Position numbers and translations under genes: made by a program. The notes under the pieces are model-generated. The model saw nothing but the letters and a program-made list of their open reading frames with translations. It was not told the DNA's origin and did no database searches. DNA of 64,000 nucleotides from a virus. The DNA is taken from positions 1,396 through 65,395 of the IMG/VR virus record IMGVR_UViG_3300010401_000006, one strand, 5' to 3'. Position 1 is the stretch's first letter; each line of letters starts with the position of its first letter. Positions 24,779-35,586 of the stretch are shown here, in pieces.

Positions 24779-27749
24779 TCAGGTCATTCAAAGGCTGATC
24801 TACGAAATCGACGCCGATCTGTCGCCCTACAAGGCGAAGATGGCGGAGGTCCAGAAGGTCGCGAACGATGCCGGCGCGGCCACGACCGCCAGCGCCAACC
24901 AGGCCGAGAAGGCGTTCAAGTCCGCAGCCTCAGGCGGCGCGACCGAACTCAGCAACAAGATCGCTGACATCCAGAAAGCGGCCGGTGCCACCGGAACGAC
25001 CGCTGCCGAAGGCGCCAATAAGGCTGGGCAAGCCTTCAGGTCCGCCGCTTCGGGTGCCACGGAGATGCACCGCGGCATCGAAGTCAGCCGGCGCGAGTTG
25101 ATCTATTTCGGCCGCGAACTTGCGACGGGCGATTTCCAGCGCCTCCCGGCCACCTTCACGCTCCTCGCCAGCCATATGCTCGAACTGAGCAGCGGGACAA
25201 TCCTATGGGGCGTCGGGCTCGCCGCTATCCCCTTCGCGCTGGCGGCATCCGCGATCGCTGCAGAGAATGCAATTTCCCGCGTGCGCCGCGCCCTTATGAC
25301 GAGCGGCTATGCCTCCGGGCTCACATCCGATCAGGTTTCCGCGATCGCTGCATCCGATATCCCCGGCGTCTCCACGCGCGGCGGCCTAGACATCGCCCAG
25401 ACGCTGATCGCGCGTGGCAACGTCTCGGGTGCTCAACTGCCCGGCGCTATTCAAGCCACCAGCGGGTATGCGCAGGCGACTGGGCTGTCGCAGGACAAGG
25501 CTGCGGAAGCATTCGAGAAGATACTCGCCGATCCCGCCAAGGGCGCGCAGGAACTGAACGACCAATTCAAGCTGCTCGATTACGCGACGCGCGACCAGAT
25601 CAGGCAGTTGCAGGAATCCGGCGACACTGCCAAAGCCCAGCAGATCATCATCGACAATGTGAACAAACGCTTCGGCAAGCTGGACGAGGCGAGCTGGTCG
25701 CTGGCGAAGGCGTTCGGCGGCATCGGGACTGCGCTCTCAAACTTCTGGTTCAAGACCGGTGCGGCGTTTGCAGCGCCCGATAAAGCCACGCAGATGGCGG
25801 CGCTTCAGAGCGAACTTTCCGAAGCGCGCAAGGGCATCGGCGCGTCCGTCAGCACGCCTTACGGCTCCGTTCTCGCTCCGGCGCGGTCAGTCACGCAAAT
25901 CCTGACCGACATCCAAAATCTCCGCACGGAGATGGCTAAGGACAAGGCGCAGTCCGATAAGGGTGGCGCCGCGGCTCAGACCGACAAACTGCTTTCCGGC
26001 GCCATGGCGGTTGCCAAGGGCTACGACGCGCAGGATGAAAAAGCGGAGAAGCTGAAGAACCAGTTGAAGGCGCTCGATGCGGCGCTTGGCGACACCACGA
26101 TCGCGCACGGCAAGTATGCGGGCAAGATCAAGGACGCCGAGGCGGCCGTAAAGCTTGCCATCGCCAACCAACTGACACCGGCGCAATTGGCCGCGCAGAA
26201 CGCCGAAGACCAGCGCAAGATCGCTGCGACACCGCCAGCCCAGCGCCCGCGCGTCGAGGCCGAGATCGCGGCGCAGCGCGAGCGCCAGCGCAACCTTGCC
26301 AATCCAGAAACCGCGCTTCAGGCGCAGTCCATCTACGATTCGCAGATGGCCGTCGCCGGCATAGCCAAGATGTCGGAAGCGCAGGACCGCTTGGCCGAGC
26401 GCCAAGCCAAGGCGCTAGAGGCGATGAAGGCCGAGTCCGATGCTGAGATCGCGCTTGCGAAGGCCTATGACCTCGGTTCCGCTGCTGTTGCCAAACAGAA
26501 GGCAGTCGGGGAGGCACATACCGCTTTCATCAAGAAGGAAATCAGCGACGAGAAATCTTACGCTGCCGCACTTCAGGAACGCGCCTTCGCCACCGAAGCC
26601 GTGGCCGTCGCACAGAAGATCGCGAACGATAATGAACAGATCGCAGGCCTGCGCGCTGTTGCGGCCGCGAATGGCGATCCTCTTGCCATCGCGCGCGCCG
26701 AAGTCGAGACCGCCGCACTCCTCGCCACGCAGAAGGAGCGCGACAACGCCATCACGGCGGATCAGATCGCACTGGCCGACAAGAGCCTCGCTCAAATCCG
26801 CGAAGAACTCACGCTGAAGCAGCGCCTGCAGGCTGAGAACAAGGCGGCGAGTGAGATCACGGCAGCCGGCCGCCAACTCGGCTACACCGGCGACCTGCTC
26901 GCGGGCATGCGCGGAGGCGCGACCGACGAAGAAATCCAGCACATCAAGAACCTGAACGAGGTCACGGAAGAACTCATAAAGGACGGTCTCGATCCGACTT
27001 CGATCAAGTTCATGGCGATGCGCGACATCATGGTCTCGCTCAAGGACTCCACCGATGAGGAAGTCCTTGCGATGGAGAAACTGAAGCAGGCCGCGCATGA
27101 CATGGCGGATGCGATCACTGGCCCTCTGGAACAGTTACTGACCAGCGGCGGCTCGATCCGCAAGATGCTCGAAAGCATGTTCAAGGATCTTGGCGCCGCC
27201 ACGATCAAGAATTTCATCATCGAGCCGTTGAACAAGAAGCTTGAGAGCATGATCGCGGGATGGCTCGGTGGGTCGGTTGGAAAGCCCGGAACGTCTCCGA
27301 TGAACCCGCTGTTCGTGACTATCGTCCCCGGCGTCGGCAACATCCTGAACGGACAAAATCCCGGAGGCGGTGGCAGCAGCATTTTCTCAGGCATCGGCTC
27401 GTTCTTCGCGAGTATCTTCGGCGGTGGTCGCGCTGGTGGCGGCGATATCGACGCGAGCAAGTTCTATCTTGTCGGGGAGCATGGGCCCGAGCTGTTCGCG
27501 CCTGGCGTGTCAGGCGCCGTCATGGCGAATCCCGGCACGGTCGCGTCGCTCAGCGGTGGCGGTGGAAACCTGAACATCACGCATCAGATGTCCATCGTGG
27601 TGAGCGGCGTCGGCGACAAAGACCTTCTTGAGAAAATCCAGACCGCGACAAGCGCGCAGATCGCAAATGCAAACGCCGAACAGGACAAGCACTGGAAGCG
27701 GATGCAACGCCCCGCTCTTATCGGCGCGCAGCGAAGGGCGCTTTCCTGA
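24765..27749 (+). CDS. Tail tape measure protein
   Basis: 994 aa helical; lambda-like segment (LADPAKGA.EL..Q); C-terminal GGRAGGG......YLVGE.GPELF.P. Confidence 0.92.
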   Translation: MAAGDQVIQRLIYEIDADLSPYKAKMAEVQKVANDAGAATTASANQAEKAFKSAASGGATELSNKIADIQKAAGATGTTAAEGANKAGQAFRSAASGATEMHRGIEVSRRELIYFGRELATGDFQRLPATFTLLASHMLELSSGTILWGVGLAAIPFALAASAIAAENAISRVRRALMTSGYASGLTSDQVSAIAASDIPGVSTRGGLDIAQTLIARGNVSGAQLPGAIQATSGYAQATGLSQDKAAEAFEKILADPAKGAQELNDQFKLLDYATRDQIRQLQESGDTAKAQQIIIDNVNKRFGKLDEASWSLAKAFGGIGTALSNFWFKTGAAFAAPDKATQMAALQSELSEARKGIGASVSTPYGSVLAPARSVTQILTDIQNLRTEMAKDKAQSDKGGAAAQTDKLLSGAMAVAKGYDAQDEKAEKLKNQLKALDAALGDTTIAHGKYAGKIKDAEAAVKLAIANQLTPAQLAAQNAEDQRKIAATPPAQRPRVEAEIAAQRERQRNLANPETALQAQSIYDSQMAVAGIAKMSEAQDRLAERQAKALEAMKAESDAEIALAKAYDLGSAAVAKQKAVGEAHTAFIKKEISDEKSYAAALQERAFATEAVAVAQKIANDNEQIAGLRAVAAANGDPLAIARAEVETAALLATQKERDNAITADQIALADKSLAQIREELTLKQRLQAENKAASEITAAGRQLGYTGDLLAGMRGGATDEEIQHIKNLNEVTEELIKDGLDPTSIKFMAMRDIMVSLKDSTDEEVLAMEKLKQAAHDMADAITGPLEQLLTSGGSIRKMLESMFKDLGAATIKNFIIEPLNKKLESMIAGWLGGSVGKPGTSPMNPLFVTIVPGVGNILNGQNPGGGGSSIFSGIGSFFASIFGGGRAGGGDIDASKFYLVGEHGPELFAPGVSGAVMANPGTVASLSGGGGNLNITHQMSIVVSGVGDKDLLEKIQTATSAQIANANAEQDKHWKRMQRPALIGAQRRALS

Positions 27750-28474
27750 TGGCAACCCCGGATATCTATTGGCCGCGTGATGTGCTGTCCCCGAGGCAGG
27801 TCACGCCGGAGCTTGTGCCCGCGACGATTTCCGGTGGCCGCACCATCACGTCGGTGGAGAAGATCATCAAGGTCGACGCGGGCTATTGGCAGATCACGCT
27901 GGATCAAATCCCCTACGCGAGCAAAGAGCACAAGCGGGCGTGGCGGGCTGTGGCGGGCATCCTGCAGGGGAGGTTCGGAACAATCGCGGTTCCGGTCTAC
28001 GATACCGATGGCGCACCCTGGCCGCTGGATGGCAACGGCAATCCGATCACGGACTATCCGGACGAGCCGCACAGCGACGGAACACTGTTCAGCGACGGCA
28101 CCGGATATGACCAGCCCGTCATTGTTGCGGAGATTTACGCCAATGCCGGACTTGGCGCGGTCTATGTCACGATCCTTTTCACGTTCGGGGATGCCGATGG
28201 TCCGCAGCCGGGCCAGTTCTTCAGCGTCGCAAACCGGCTCTATCGCATCATTGGCGTGACTGCGTCGGCAGCCTCACCGACGCAGGTCTTCACCTGCAAG
28301 ATCACGCCGCCGCTGCGCGAACCGATCTTCCTTGGCGACACCGCCGAGTTCGATGATCCGCGCTGCATCTGCTGCATGGCGACGGATACCGAAATGATGA
28401 GCGCGGCCGATGCCTACAACGGCACGTCGACAGGCAAGGTGACGTTCGTCGAGAAGATCAATGTGGATGAATGA
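27749..28474 (+). CDS. Distal tail protein
   Basis: Directly after TMP; W.I.L...P.....RAW.A....L.GR.G...VP.YD. Confidence 0.7.
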   Translation: MATPDIYWPRDVLSPRQVTPELVPATISGGRTITSVEKIIKVDAGYWQITLDQIPYASKEHKRAWRAVAGILQGRFGTIAVPVYDTDGAPWPLDGNGNPITDYPDEPHSDGTLFSDGTGYDQPVIVAEIYANAGLGAVYVTILFTFGDADGPQPGQFFSVANRLYRIIGVTASAASPTQVFTCKITPPLREPIFLGDTAEFDDPRCICCMATDTEMMSAADAYNGTSTGKVTFVEKINVDE

Positions 28475-28477
28475 GCT

Positions 28478-29035
28478 ATGAGCTATCAGGGTTCACGGCT
28501 AAACCACGCCTTCTTTGCGAAGCTCGATTTCCTGTCTGGTCCCGCCTATGTCTGGCAAGGCTTTCGCAAGATCGAAGTGGCAGGACAGGTCTGGCTGCCC
28601 GTTGGTCCGAAAGCGACGGTTGAGCAAATCGACGATCCGGTCGGGGACAACGTTCCGGGAATTTCCTTCAAGGTCTCCGGCGTCGACACGTCTACTCTAG
28701 CCGCAGCACTGGGCGAAGCCGACGAAATTCAGAACCGGCTTGCCACGGTCTATGACCAGTTCTTCGACAAGGACCTGCAACCGACCGGTTCTCTCAAGGT
28801 CTTCGCCGTCGCGCGCATGGATTCGATCAAGGTGTCGCGGCAGCAAAACTCAGACGGCTCTTATGATCAGGTCATCACTGTGAGCGCAGAGAACTTCCTG
28901 ACAAATGGGCCTTATCCGTCCTACGGCCGCTATTCGTCTGAAGATCAATGGGCGCGGCTCGGCAACAATGCTGATCTTTATTTCCAGTTCATGATGATCA
29001 ACCAGAACCGGAGGCAGCGGTGGCCGACGTACTGA
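28478..29035 (+). CDS. Tail tip/hub protein
   Basis: LDF.SG..YVW.G....A.MD....I.V..E..L. Confidence 0.65.
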   Translation: MSYQGSRLNHAFFAKLDFLSGPAYVWQGFRKIEVAGQVWLPVGPKATVEQIDDPVGDNVPGISFKVSGVDTSTLAAALGEADEIQNRLATVYDQFFDKDLQPTGSLKVFAVARMDSIKVSRQQNSDGSYDQVITVSAENFLTNGPYPSYGRYSSEDQWARLGNNADLYFQFMMINQNRRQRWPTY

Positions 29036-29448
29036 CGCCCGTGCAGCGCGCGCTGCTGCAAGAATTCCTGCTCTCCAAAGTGCGGCAGACTTTTCAATGG
29101 GGCACGTCGGATTGCGGCCTGCTCATCGCGGACTGGGCGATCATGCTCGGCTATCCCGATCCGGCCGCAGCCGTGCGCGGAACCTACAGCGATGCCGAAG
29201 GGGCTTACGCTGCGATCGCGCCACTCTCGTTCCAAGAGTTTGTGGCCCAGTGCTGCGCGGCATGTTCCTTCTCGCCCACTGATACGCCGCAGGATGGTGA
29301 CATCGGCATCATCGACCTTCCCATGGCGGGACCGACTGCCGGCATCATGACGAACGGCTCGTGGGCCTTCAAAACGGCAATAGGCGTGACGTGGCTGAAA
29401 ACCACCCAGGGCGCGCAAATTGCCGCATGGAGGGTCTTCGGTGCCTGA
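29020..29448 (+). CDS. NlpC/P60-like tail tip protein (DUF6950-like)
   Basis: FQWGTSDCGLLIADW...RGTY...PQDGDIG. Confidence 0.75.
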   Translation: MADVLTPVQRALLQEFLLSKVRQTFQWGTSDCGLLIADWAIMLGYPDPAAAVRGTYSDAEGAYAAIAPLSFQEFVAQCCAACSFSPTDTPQDGDIGIIDLPMAGPTAGIMTNGSWAFKTAIGVTWLKTTQGAQIAAWRVFGA

Positions 29449-31558
29449 AGCCCTCGCCGCGATCGTTGCCGCCGTTGAGGCGGTGGCCGAGTTTCTGGGG
29501 CCGGAACTGACGGCGCTTGCAGAGGCCGCGGTCGTCTCTGCGGTTGAGCTTGGCATCTCTGCGCTTCTGGCGCCAGGCGCGCCGAAAGGCATCGACGGCG
29601 CCCTCTCCCTTCTCCAGCCGTTGCCGTTCCGCCGCCGTGTCTACGGCCAGTGCAAGATGGGCGGCTATTTTGTGTTCTGGACATCCATAAATGGCAGCCT
29701 GTTTCAGCTTCTCGCCGTTGCCGCACACGAGATCGACAGCTTCATCGAATACTGGGTGACCGACAACGAGGTGGAGGTTAACCCCTCGACGCATTTCGTT
29801 ACGCGCATCATTGGTCCCGCCGGCGCCGCCGCATCGCGCCCGCTTCAGTATAGCCCTGATGGCAATCCGGTCGTGCAGATATATTCCAACACCGGCGCGG
29901 CTGGGAAAGTCGCCTATGACCGTCTCGTCACGCGATTCCCCGGCATATGGACCACGGACTGCATCGGCGTCGGAATTGCCGACATGCTGCTCGTTCAGGA
30001 AGGGGTGAAGCAGGGCAGCTTCGGCTATGTCTATCCGGGTGGCCAGCAGACCATGCGCGCGGTCATCCAGGGCGCAAAAATCTACGACTGCATCGCCTCG
30101 CCAGCGCAAGACCCGAACAATTACGCGACGTGGTCCTACAACTTCAACGCCGTGAACGTCATCCTGGACTACCTCACGCACCAAGACGGATGGCGCATGT
30201 CGAAGGATACATTCCTCACAGGCATGGGTGGCGTCGTCACGCTGGCAAATGCTGCGATATGCGAAGAAAGCGTTCCGCTGCGAAGCGGCGGGTCGGAGCA
30301 GCGCTATCGCTTATGGGGATGGTACAGCTTCGACGAGGAGCCGCGGCAGGTTCTGAACCGCATGTTCGCGTCGTGCGGCGGTTGGCTCCAGCTATTCCCC
30401 GACGGGACAATCGGCATTTATGTTGGCGCTTGGGTTGAGCCCACCTTCACCATCACCGACGACATGATTATTGGCTTCGATGCGCAGCACTTCGTCGGCG
30501 AGTTCGATGCGGTGAATGAGATCAGGGCATCGTTCAACGATCCGCAGAACGATTATCAGCAGACCGAATCGACGCCGTGGCAGAACACGGCGGATATCGA
30601 ACTGCGCGGCTACATCAAGTCGTCGACCTTGGATGCGCGGTTCTCGCCTTCGTACACGCAGTGCCGCCGCGTGCAGAAGATTTCTGCGCACGAAACAATG
30701 CCGGAATACAGCCTGACGCTGATCTGCGATCAGTCCGCGCTCGATGGCCGCTCCGAACGCTTTCTCAATCTCGACATGAGCAAGAGCCTTGGGATCGTGG
30801 GCACGTTTCGCGTGACGCAGTTCGTGACCAATCTCGTGACCGGAACCTGTACGGTCGGCCTCGCCTCCTTCGGCTCAGATGCCTACGCTTGGGATCCGTC
30901 CAGCGAAGAGGGCGATCCGCCACCAATCCCGCCTGACACGTCCTCAAGCGCGTCGCTTCAGCAGCCGCAAAATCTCGTGGTGAACGTCCAGACGATTACG
31001 ACCGGTGCCACTATGGCGCCCATCATGGACATCACCAATGATCCGCCGATCGAACGCACGGACCTGACCGAGACTTTCCAGTATCAGCTCCAAGGCGATA
31101 CAGGGTGGACGGTCTTGTCGAAGGACAATCAGGACTGGGAGGCGAAGACCGGGCCGCTACAGGAAGGCACCTACAACGTGCGCGTCGCCTTTGTGGACCC
31201 GAACGGCGTTTTCAGTTCATGGACGGAAGTCGATGGCGTTGTCGTGGCGGTGAGCGTCGCGGCGCCGAGCGCGCCGACCGGGATCACGGCATCCGTTCCG
31301 AGCCCGGCCGTAAGCGTTCTCGTCCAGTTCGATGCGCCGAACGATAAGAATTTCGATCATGCCGGTGTATGGCGCAATTCCGTGAACGTCTTCGGCACGG
31401 CCACGAACGTCTCCGGCCCGATCTATGGCTCGCCCAACCAGGCCCTGTCCTACACCGACACGCCACCATCCAGCGGGACATGGTACTACTGGGCGACAGC
31501 CTTTAGCGTTTCTGGTAATCAGTCGTCACCCGATGGCCCGGCCTCGGTGACACTCTAG
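29441..31558 (+). CDS. Central tail tip / host-specificity protein (gpJ-like)
   Basis: RRRVYG..KMGG; G.K.YD; N....LDYL; FN3-like C-terminus; GTG start. Confidence 0.8.
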   Translation: MPEALAAIVAAVEAVAEFLGPELTALAEAAVVSAVELGISALLAPGAPKGIDGALSLLQPLPFRRRVYGQCKMGGYFVFWTSINGSLFQLLAVAAHEIDSFIEYWVTDNEVEVNPSTHFVTRIIGPAGAAASRPLQYSPDGNPVVQIYSNTGAAGKVAYDRLVTRFPGIWTTDCIGVGIADMLLVQEGVKQGSFGYVYPGGQQTMRAVIQGAKIYDCIASPAQDPNNYATWSYNFNAVNVILDYLTHQDGWRMSKDTFLTGMGGVVTLANAAICEESVPLRSGGSEQRYRLWGWYSFDEEPRQVLNRMFASCGGWLQLFPDGTIGIYVGAWVEPTFTITDDMIIGFDAQHFVGEFDAVNEIRASFNDPQNDYQQTESTPWQNTADIELRGYIKSSTLDARFSPSYTQCRRVQKISAHETMPEYSLTLICDQSALDGRSERFLNLDMSKSLGIVGTFRVTQFVTNLVTGTCTVGLASFGSDAYAWDPSSEEGDPPPIPPDTSSSASLQQPQNLVVNVQTITTGATMAPIMDITNDPPIERTDLTETFQYQLQGDTGWTVLSKDNQDWEAKTGPLQEGTYNVRVAFVDPNGVFSSWTEVDGVVVAVSVAAPSAPTGITASVPSPAVSVLVQFDAPNDKNFDHAGVWRNSVNVFGTATNVSGPIYGSPNQALSYTDTPPSSGTWYYWATAFSVSGNQSSPDGPASVTL

Positions 31559-31570
31559 GAGGGGATCGAC

Positions 31571-33157
31571 GTGGGAGCCGTTGCAAACGCATTCAACATT
31601 GCTTGGCGCGATTATAACACGGACGGCGTTCCGGCATCGGGCCCCTTCAAGCCTATTAAGTCCGTGCTCCGCGGGCTCGGCCCTATAATCGAAGCCTATG
31701 GCTCTCGTTGGACCATCGCGAACACCGCTGCCGATGGCGTGACAGACGACACGCTCGTCATCCAGCAGACGATCGACGCGAACAAGGGCGGCATGATCCT
31801 TATCCCCGCGAACTCGACCTTCGCTGGCGTCCTGCTCAGCGGATCGAGTTACAACGACACGACCATCGTGTGCCAGGGCGAAGTCAATCTTCTGCCGAAC
31901 GGCTCCGTCACGAAATACGGCATCTTTCTTCAGGCCTGCGCGAATGTGACCGTTTATCTCGACATGAACGGAAACCGCACGTCGATGGTGCAGGACGAGC
32001 ATATCCAGTGCGTCGCGATCGCCGGCTGCACAAATTGCGCTGTCGTCGGCAAGGTTCGAGAAATCCGCGGCGACGGCGTCTATATCTCGCGGAATGGGGC
32101 GACGCAGAACCTCGATATTACGGTCGATATTCGCGGCTACAATTCGTCCTCAGACGGCCGCAACCTCGTCAGCGTTATTTCGTGCCAAGGCCTGAAAATC
32201 AGGGCTTGGTCATGGGACATCGGCGGCAACGTCAACTCTGTGAATGAGCCCGGCGGCGTCGATCTTGAGACAAATGCCACGGGCGATTCGATCCACGACT
32301 TCGATGTCGAGGTCTTCGCCTATAGCAGCGCGCACGCGACCAACCTGCTTGGTGTTCTTGGCCTTGAAGTGACCGGCGGCCAGCGCGATTACAACATCTA
32401 TAACGGCCGCGTGAAGGCGACGCTGCGCTCCTATGCGAGCGCGCCGAACATGGGCAATTTCGCGCGCTGCCGCGGCGTGACATGGGACCTCGACATCGCG
32501 GGTTATGGCTCTCCGGCCGACGGCATGGAGATGGATTCCTGCGACAATTGCTCCGGCCACCTCAAGGCGCGCAACACCATTCACGCCCTGATTGTCGGCT
32601 TCGCGGACATCATCAACACCTGCAACATCGATCTGGACGTCATCGGCTGCGGCGGTTCGAGCCAGCAATCGGTTTGGCTGAACAGCCATGCGGGCTGCCA
32701 CTTCACCGGGATCATTGGCGAGGCAATGGCGAGTTCCGGACCAGCCGTCTATTTCAGCAACAACGGCGCCGGCGGCGTGCAGGACAACACCTACGAGATT
32801 GTCATCACGTCCGCGAACAACAACCTGCCGTCCGCGTATCAGCAGCAGGGCGGCCACGCGATCACATTCACGCGATGCGCTGTGCGGGGCGGCTCGCTGA
32901 GCAGTTTCATTGCCTCCGCCGGGCTGGCGAACGCCTTCAACGGTACATTCACCGGGCTGAACAGGATAGGCGTCCACGGCCTGAACCAGCTTGCATCCAT
33001 CCCGACGCTGGGGTCATGGACCCAGGGCGATTACGTCGCCAACACGGCCCCGGTCCTTGCTACGGGCAAGGTGACGACGGGCTGGTCTCGCCTCACGACT
33101 GGCACCGGGAACGTCCTGAACACGGACTGGGCACCGCAGGTGGTTCCGAACTCATAA
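31571..33157 (+). CDS. Tailspike-like parallel beta-helix receptor-binding protein
   Basis: ADGVTDDT..IQ..ID; GDGVYI; RNLVSVIS; GVDLETN. Confidence 0.75.
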   Translation: MGAVANAFNIAWRDYNTDGVPASGPFKPIKSVLRGLGPIIEAYGSRWTIANTAADGVTDDTLVIQQTIDANKGGMILIPANSTFAGVLLSGSSYNDTTIVCQGEVNLLPNGSVTKYGIFLQACANVTVYLDMNGNRTSMVQDEHIQCVAIAGCTNCAVVGKVREIRGDGVYISRNGATQNLDITVDIRGYNSSSDGRNLVSVISCQGLKIRAWSWDIGGNVNSVNEPGGVDLETNATGDSIHDFDVEVFAYSSAHATNLLGVLGLEVTGGQRDYNIYNGRVKATLRSYASAPNMGNFARCRGVTWDLDIAGYGSPADGMEMDSCDNCSGHLKARNTIHALIVGFADIINTCNIDLDVIGCGGSSQQSVWLNSHAGCHFTGIIGEAMASSGPAVYFSNNGAGGVQDNTYEIVITSANNNLPSAYQQQGGHAITFTRCAVRGGSLSSFIASAGLANAFNGTFTGLNRIGVHGLNQLASIPTLGSWTQGDYVANTAPVLATGKVTTGWSRLTTGTGNVLNTDWAPQVVPNS

Positions 33158-33197
33158 CCGTGGTAAAGGGAACTCCGCTTTAGCAAAGGGGTTTGCC

Positions 33198-33533
33198 GTG
33201 GCGTCCAATCCGCAAGTCGTCGTGCCTGTTAAGTCCGCGTGGAGCAGCAGAATCAACTGGATCGCTGCCATTACCGGGGCAGGCTCTCTGATCACGGCGT
33301 TCCTGCCGTTCATCCCGCAGGAGTATCAAGGCAAAGCGGTCGCCGCAGTCGCGCTGCTCGGTGCCGTCGGAGTGTGGTATCAGCGCACGTTCCAGACCAC
33401 GAGCGTGACGCCGTCATCGGTTCCGACGCCGACGCCGAACTTCACCACCGTCGTGACCGCCGCGCGCAACGCCGGGCTCTCGGAAGAGAAAATAACCGAC
33501 CTCCTAAACTCTGCTTCGCGCGTTAACCCGTAA
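33198..33533 (+). CDS. Putative holin
   Basis: KSAWSSRINW followed by two TM segments. Confidence 0.55.
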   Translation: MASNPQVVVPVKSAWSSRINWIAAITGAGSLITAFLPFIPQEYQGKAVAAVALLGAVGVWYQRTFQTTSVTPSSVPTPTPNFTTVVTAARNAGLSEEKITDLLNSASRVNP

Positions 33534-33606
33534 GCCACGGAACTTTCCGAACGCTGGCGCACCTCTCGGCGTTTATCGTGTACGAAGGCAAACCAAGGAT
33601 GCGTGC

Positions 33607-33915
33607 ATGGCTTATCACTCAACCGTTGCTAGCGTCGGAAATTCTGGTAATTTCCTTGCGCGCTACCTCAGAGGCCTAGCGGGGGATTTTGTTCGGATGG
33701 CCCAGCACATCGAGAACAACGGTGTCAGCAGGGTTGTAACCGCTGTGGCAGTGGTCGTGATCGCAGCCATCATCCTTGGGGTTGGAAGTGCGAGCATCGT
33801 CGCAACCTATACGACCGGCCGCCTTGACGAACGCGTGACGGCCGGTTTCTGCCATGTCAATCAGCGGCTGGATGAGATACAACACCCGAACCTTCCAGCG
33901 AGGAACTGTGACTAG
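33607..33915 (+). CDS. Single-TM membrane protein
   Basis: VVTAVAVVVIAAIILGV; two C-terminal Cys. Confidence 0.55.
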   Translation: MAYHSTVASVGNSGNFLARYLRGLAGDFVRMAQHIENNGVSRVVTAVAVVVIAAIILGVGSASIVATYTTGRLDERVTAGFCHVNQRLDEIQHPNLPARNCD

Positions 33916-33917
33916 CA

Positions 33918-34271
33918 ATGGATGGCGGGGGCCAGACAAACTCGAATGACGAAAGCGTGACGGCTGAGGCTGGCTCGCATCTGGTCAACCTGCGCCTCGA
34001 ACTCCCAAAAGAATCTCCATGGAAGCAGCCTGCGGTTTATGTCGCGGCATTGGCATTGATCGTCTCGCTCGGCGGCGAGTGGCGGCGTTGGGTTGCGCTC
34101 GATGCTTCTAACCAGAAGCAGCACGACTATTACGAAGAGATCAACGTCTGGGAAACCGACGCCTTCAACCGCTCGAAAGATGTCGATGCCACGCTGAAAT
34201 CTCGCTTAGGCTGGGACACCGACAAGATGTTCGGAAAGCTTAAACCGCCGCCAGTCCCAAAGGAGAACTAG
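33918..34271 (+). CDS. Single-TM membrane protein
   Basis: PAVYVAALALIVSLGG. Confidence 0.55.
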   Translation: MDGGGQTNSNDESVTAEAGSHLVNLRLELPKESPWKQPAVYVAALALIVSLGGEWRRWVALDASNQKQHDYYEEINVWETDAFNRSKDVDATLKSRLGWDTDKMFGKLKPPPVPKEN

Positions 34272-34272
34272 C

Positions 34273-34467
34273 ATGTCAAATCTGAGCGATGATGATGTCG
34301 CCGCTACCCGCATCCACCACGCAGACGGAAGTTCTTCCGGTGCTACACCTGTGACTGCGCCGGCGACTACGTGGATGATCCTCATCAACTCGACCTCGAT
34401 CGTCATACCGGATTCCGGTGCCAGCGCCCTGCGCGACCAGCTCAGGACGCTCTGTTCGCCTCCTTGA
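34273..34467 (+). CDS. Hypothetical protein
   Basis: RBS AAGGAG; weak. Confidence 0.4.
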   Translation: MSNLSDDDVAATRIHHADGSSSGATPVTAPATTWMILINSTSIVIPDSGASALRDQLRTLCSPP

Positions 34468-34473
34468 TATGCC

Positions 34474-34908
34474 GTGGCCGAAGTTGCTCCAAACGGAAGC
34501 GCCGCGCTTCAGCGATGGCTCACGATAGGGGCCATCGCGCTTGGGCTTATTGCGCCGATTGTTGGTGGCGGGTGGTGGCTGAGCAATCTGAACGGTCGCG
34601 TCAGCACGCTTGAAAACCAGCAGCCAAGAGATTCCAGCCTGACGCAAACTAAGTTGGACGAGTTGATGCGCCGCATGGGCGCTGTGAACGCTGCTATCCA
34701 GACATTGGAGATCGCGCAAGCTGATGATTGCCAGCAGTTTGCCAAGATCGAAACTCAGTTCGGCATCACCGAGACCGTGATAAACAAGGACAACATCGAC
34801 AACCAGAGACACAAGGATGCCGTGAACGCAAAGATATTTGGCATTACTCCGTCCGGGATATATTACGAGATCAAGATCCCGCACGAAATTCAGAACTGTG
34901 GACACTGA
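34474..34908 (+). CDS. TM plus coiled-coil protein (i-spanin-like)
   Basis: WLTIGAIALGLIAPIVGGGWW then heptad repeats; two Cys. Confidence 0.55.
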   Translation: MAEVAPNGSAALQRWLTIGAIALGLIAPIVGGGWWLSNLNGRVSTLENQQPRDSSLTQTKLDELMRRMGAVNAAIQTLEIAQADDCQQFAKIETQFGITETVINKDNIDNQRHKDAVNAKIFGITPSGIYYEIKIPHEIQNCGH

Positions 34909-34911
34909 GTT

Positions 34912-35073
34912 ATGACCGACGATCCGAAAACCAAAGCCCTGATCCGCGCGCGTGACTGGTTCACACGGGCGCTTGTGAAAGGCCCTGACTTCCCGGAACC
35001 GGACTGGAACGAGGCGGGTGACCTGCTCGTGGACATTCTCGCGGCGCTCCCGGAATGCGAAGCCGGGACGTGA
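34912..35073 (+). CDS. Hypothetical 53-aa protein
   Basis: MTDDPKTKALIRARDWF...; fills gap, below track cutoff. Confidence 0.45.
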   Translation: MTDDPKTKALIRARDWFTRALVKGPDFPEPDWNEAGDLLVDILAALPECEAGT

Positions 35074-35205
35074 CGGCCTTAGTTCACGATCTGCGCGTTC
35101 TGGTGACGGTCGCGGCCATCGTGGCGCTCTGGCATCTGGATCGGTGGCTTGCCAAGGCCTGAAATCGGGCGCACCTTCCCGCTCGCCTCAAAAGGGAAAT
35201 CCTCC

Positions 35206-35577
35206 ATGAAACGCTTTGTTACCGCTCTGGCCGTGAGCCTCGCGCTCGCGCTGCCAATGGGCGGGTGCGGGACGTTGGGCTTAGGCTCGACCGCCCAGAC
35301 CTCCCAAGACCTCCTAAATGGTGCCAAGAAGGCGTCCACGGCGGCGCACCAGTTCCACGGCACGGTGGCTGACCTGCTGACCACGGCGGCCCAGACGGGC
35401 GTCCTGCATGGCTCAGCGGCCGCCACGGCGAAGGAATACCTCGACCAGTCCGAGGGCTACCTGACCAAGGCGGACGGCTACATCGCCCAGGCCGACGCCG
35501 CAAACGCGATGCTTCAGGTCATCGCCGGGAACAACACGACCGCACAGGCCGCCACGGCCATTGCGGCGAACAAGTAG
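35206..35577 (+). CDS. Lipoprotein (o-spanin-like)
   Basis: MKRFVTALAVSLALALPMGG|C lipobox; Ala-rich helix. Confidence 0.65.
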   Translation: MKRFVTALAVSLALALPMGGCGTLGLGSTAQTSQDLLNGAKKASTAAHQFHGTVADLLTTAAQTGVLHGSAAATAKEYLDQSEGYLTKADGYIAQADAANAMLQVIAGNNTTAQAATAIAANK

Positions 35578-35586
35578 GAGGGTTCT

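Noticed and set aside
33522-33536. CtrA box
   Set aside because: Only a TTAAC half-site; no TTAA-N7-TTAA
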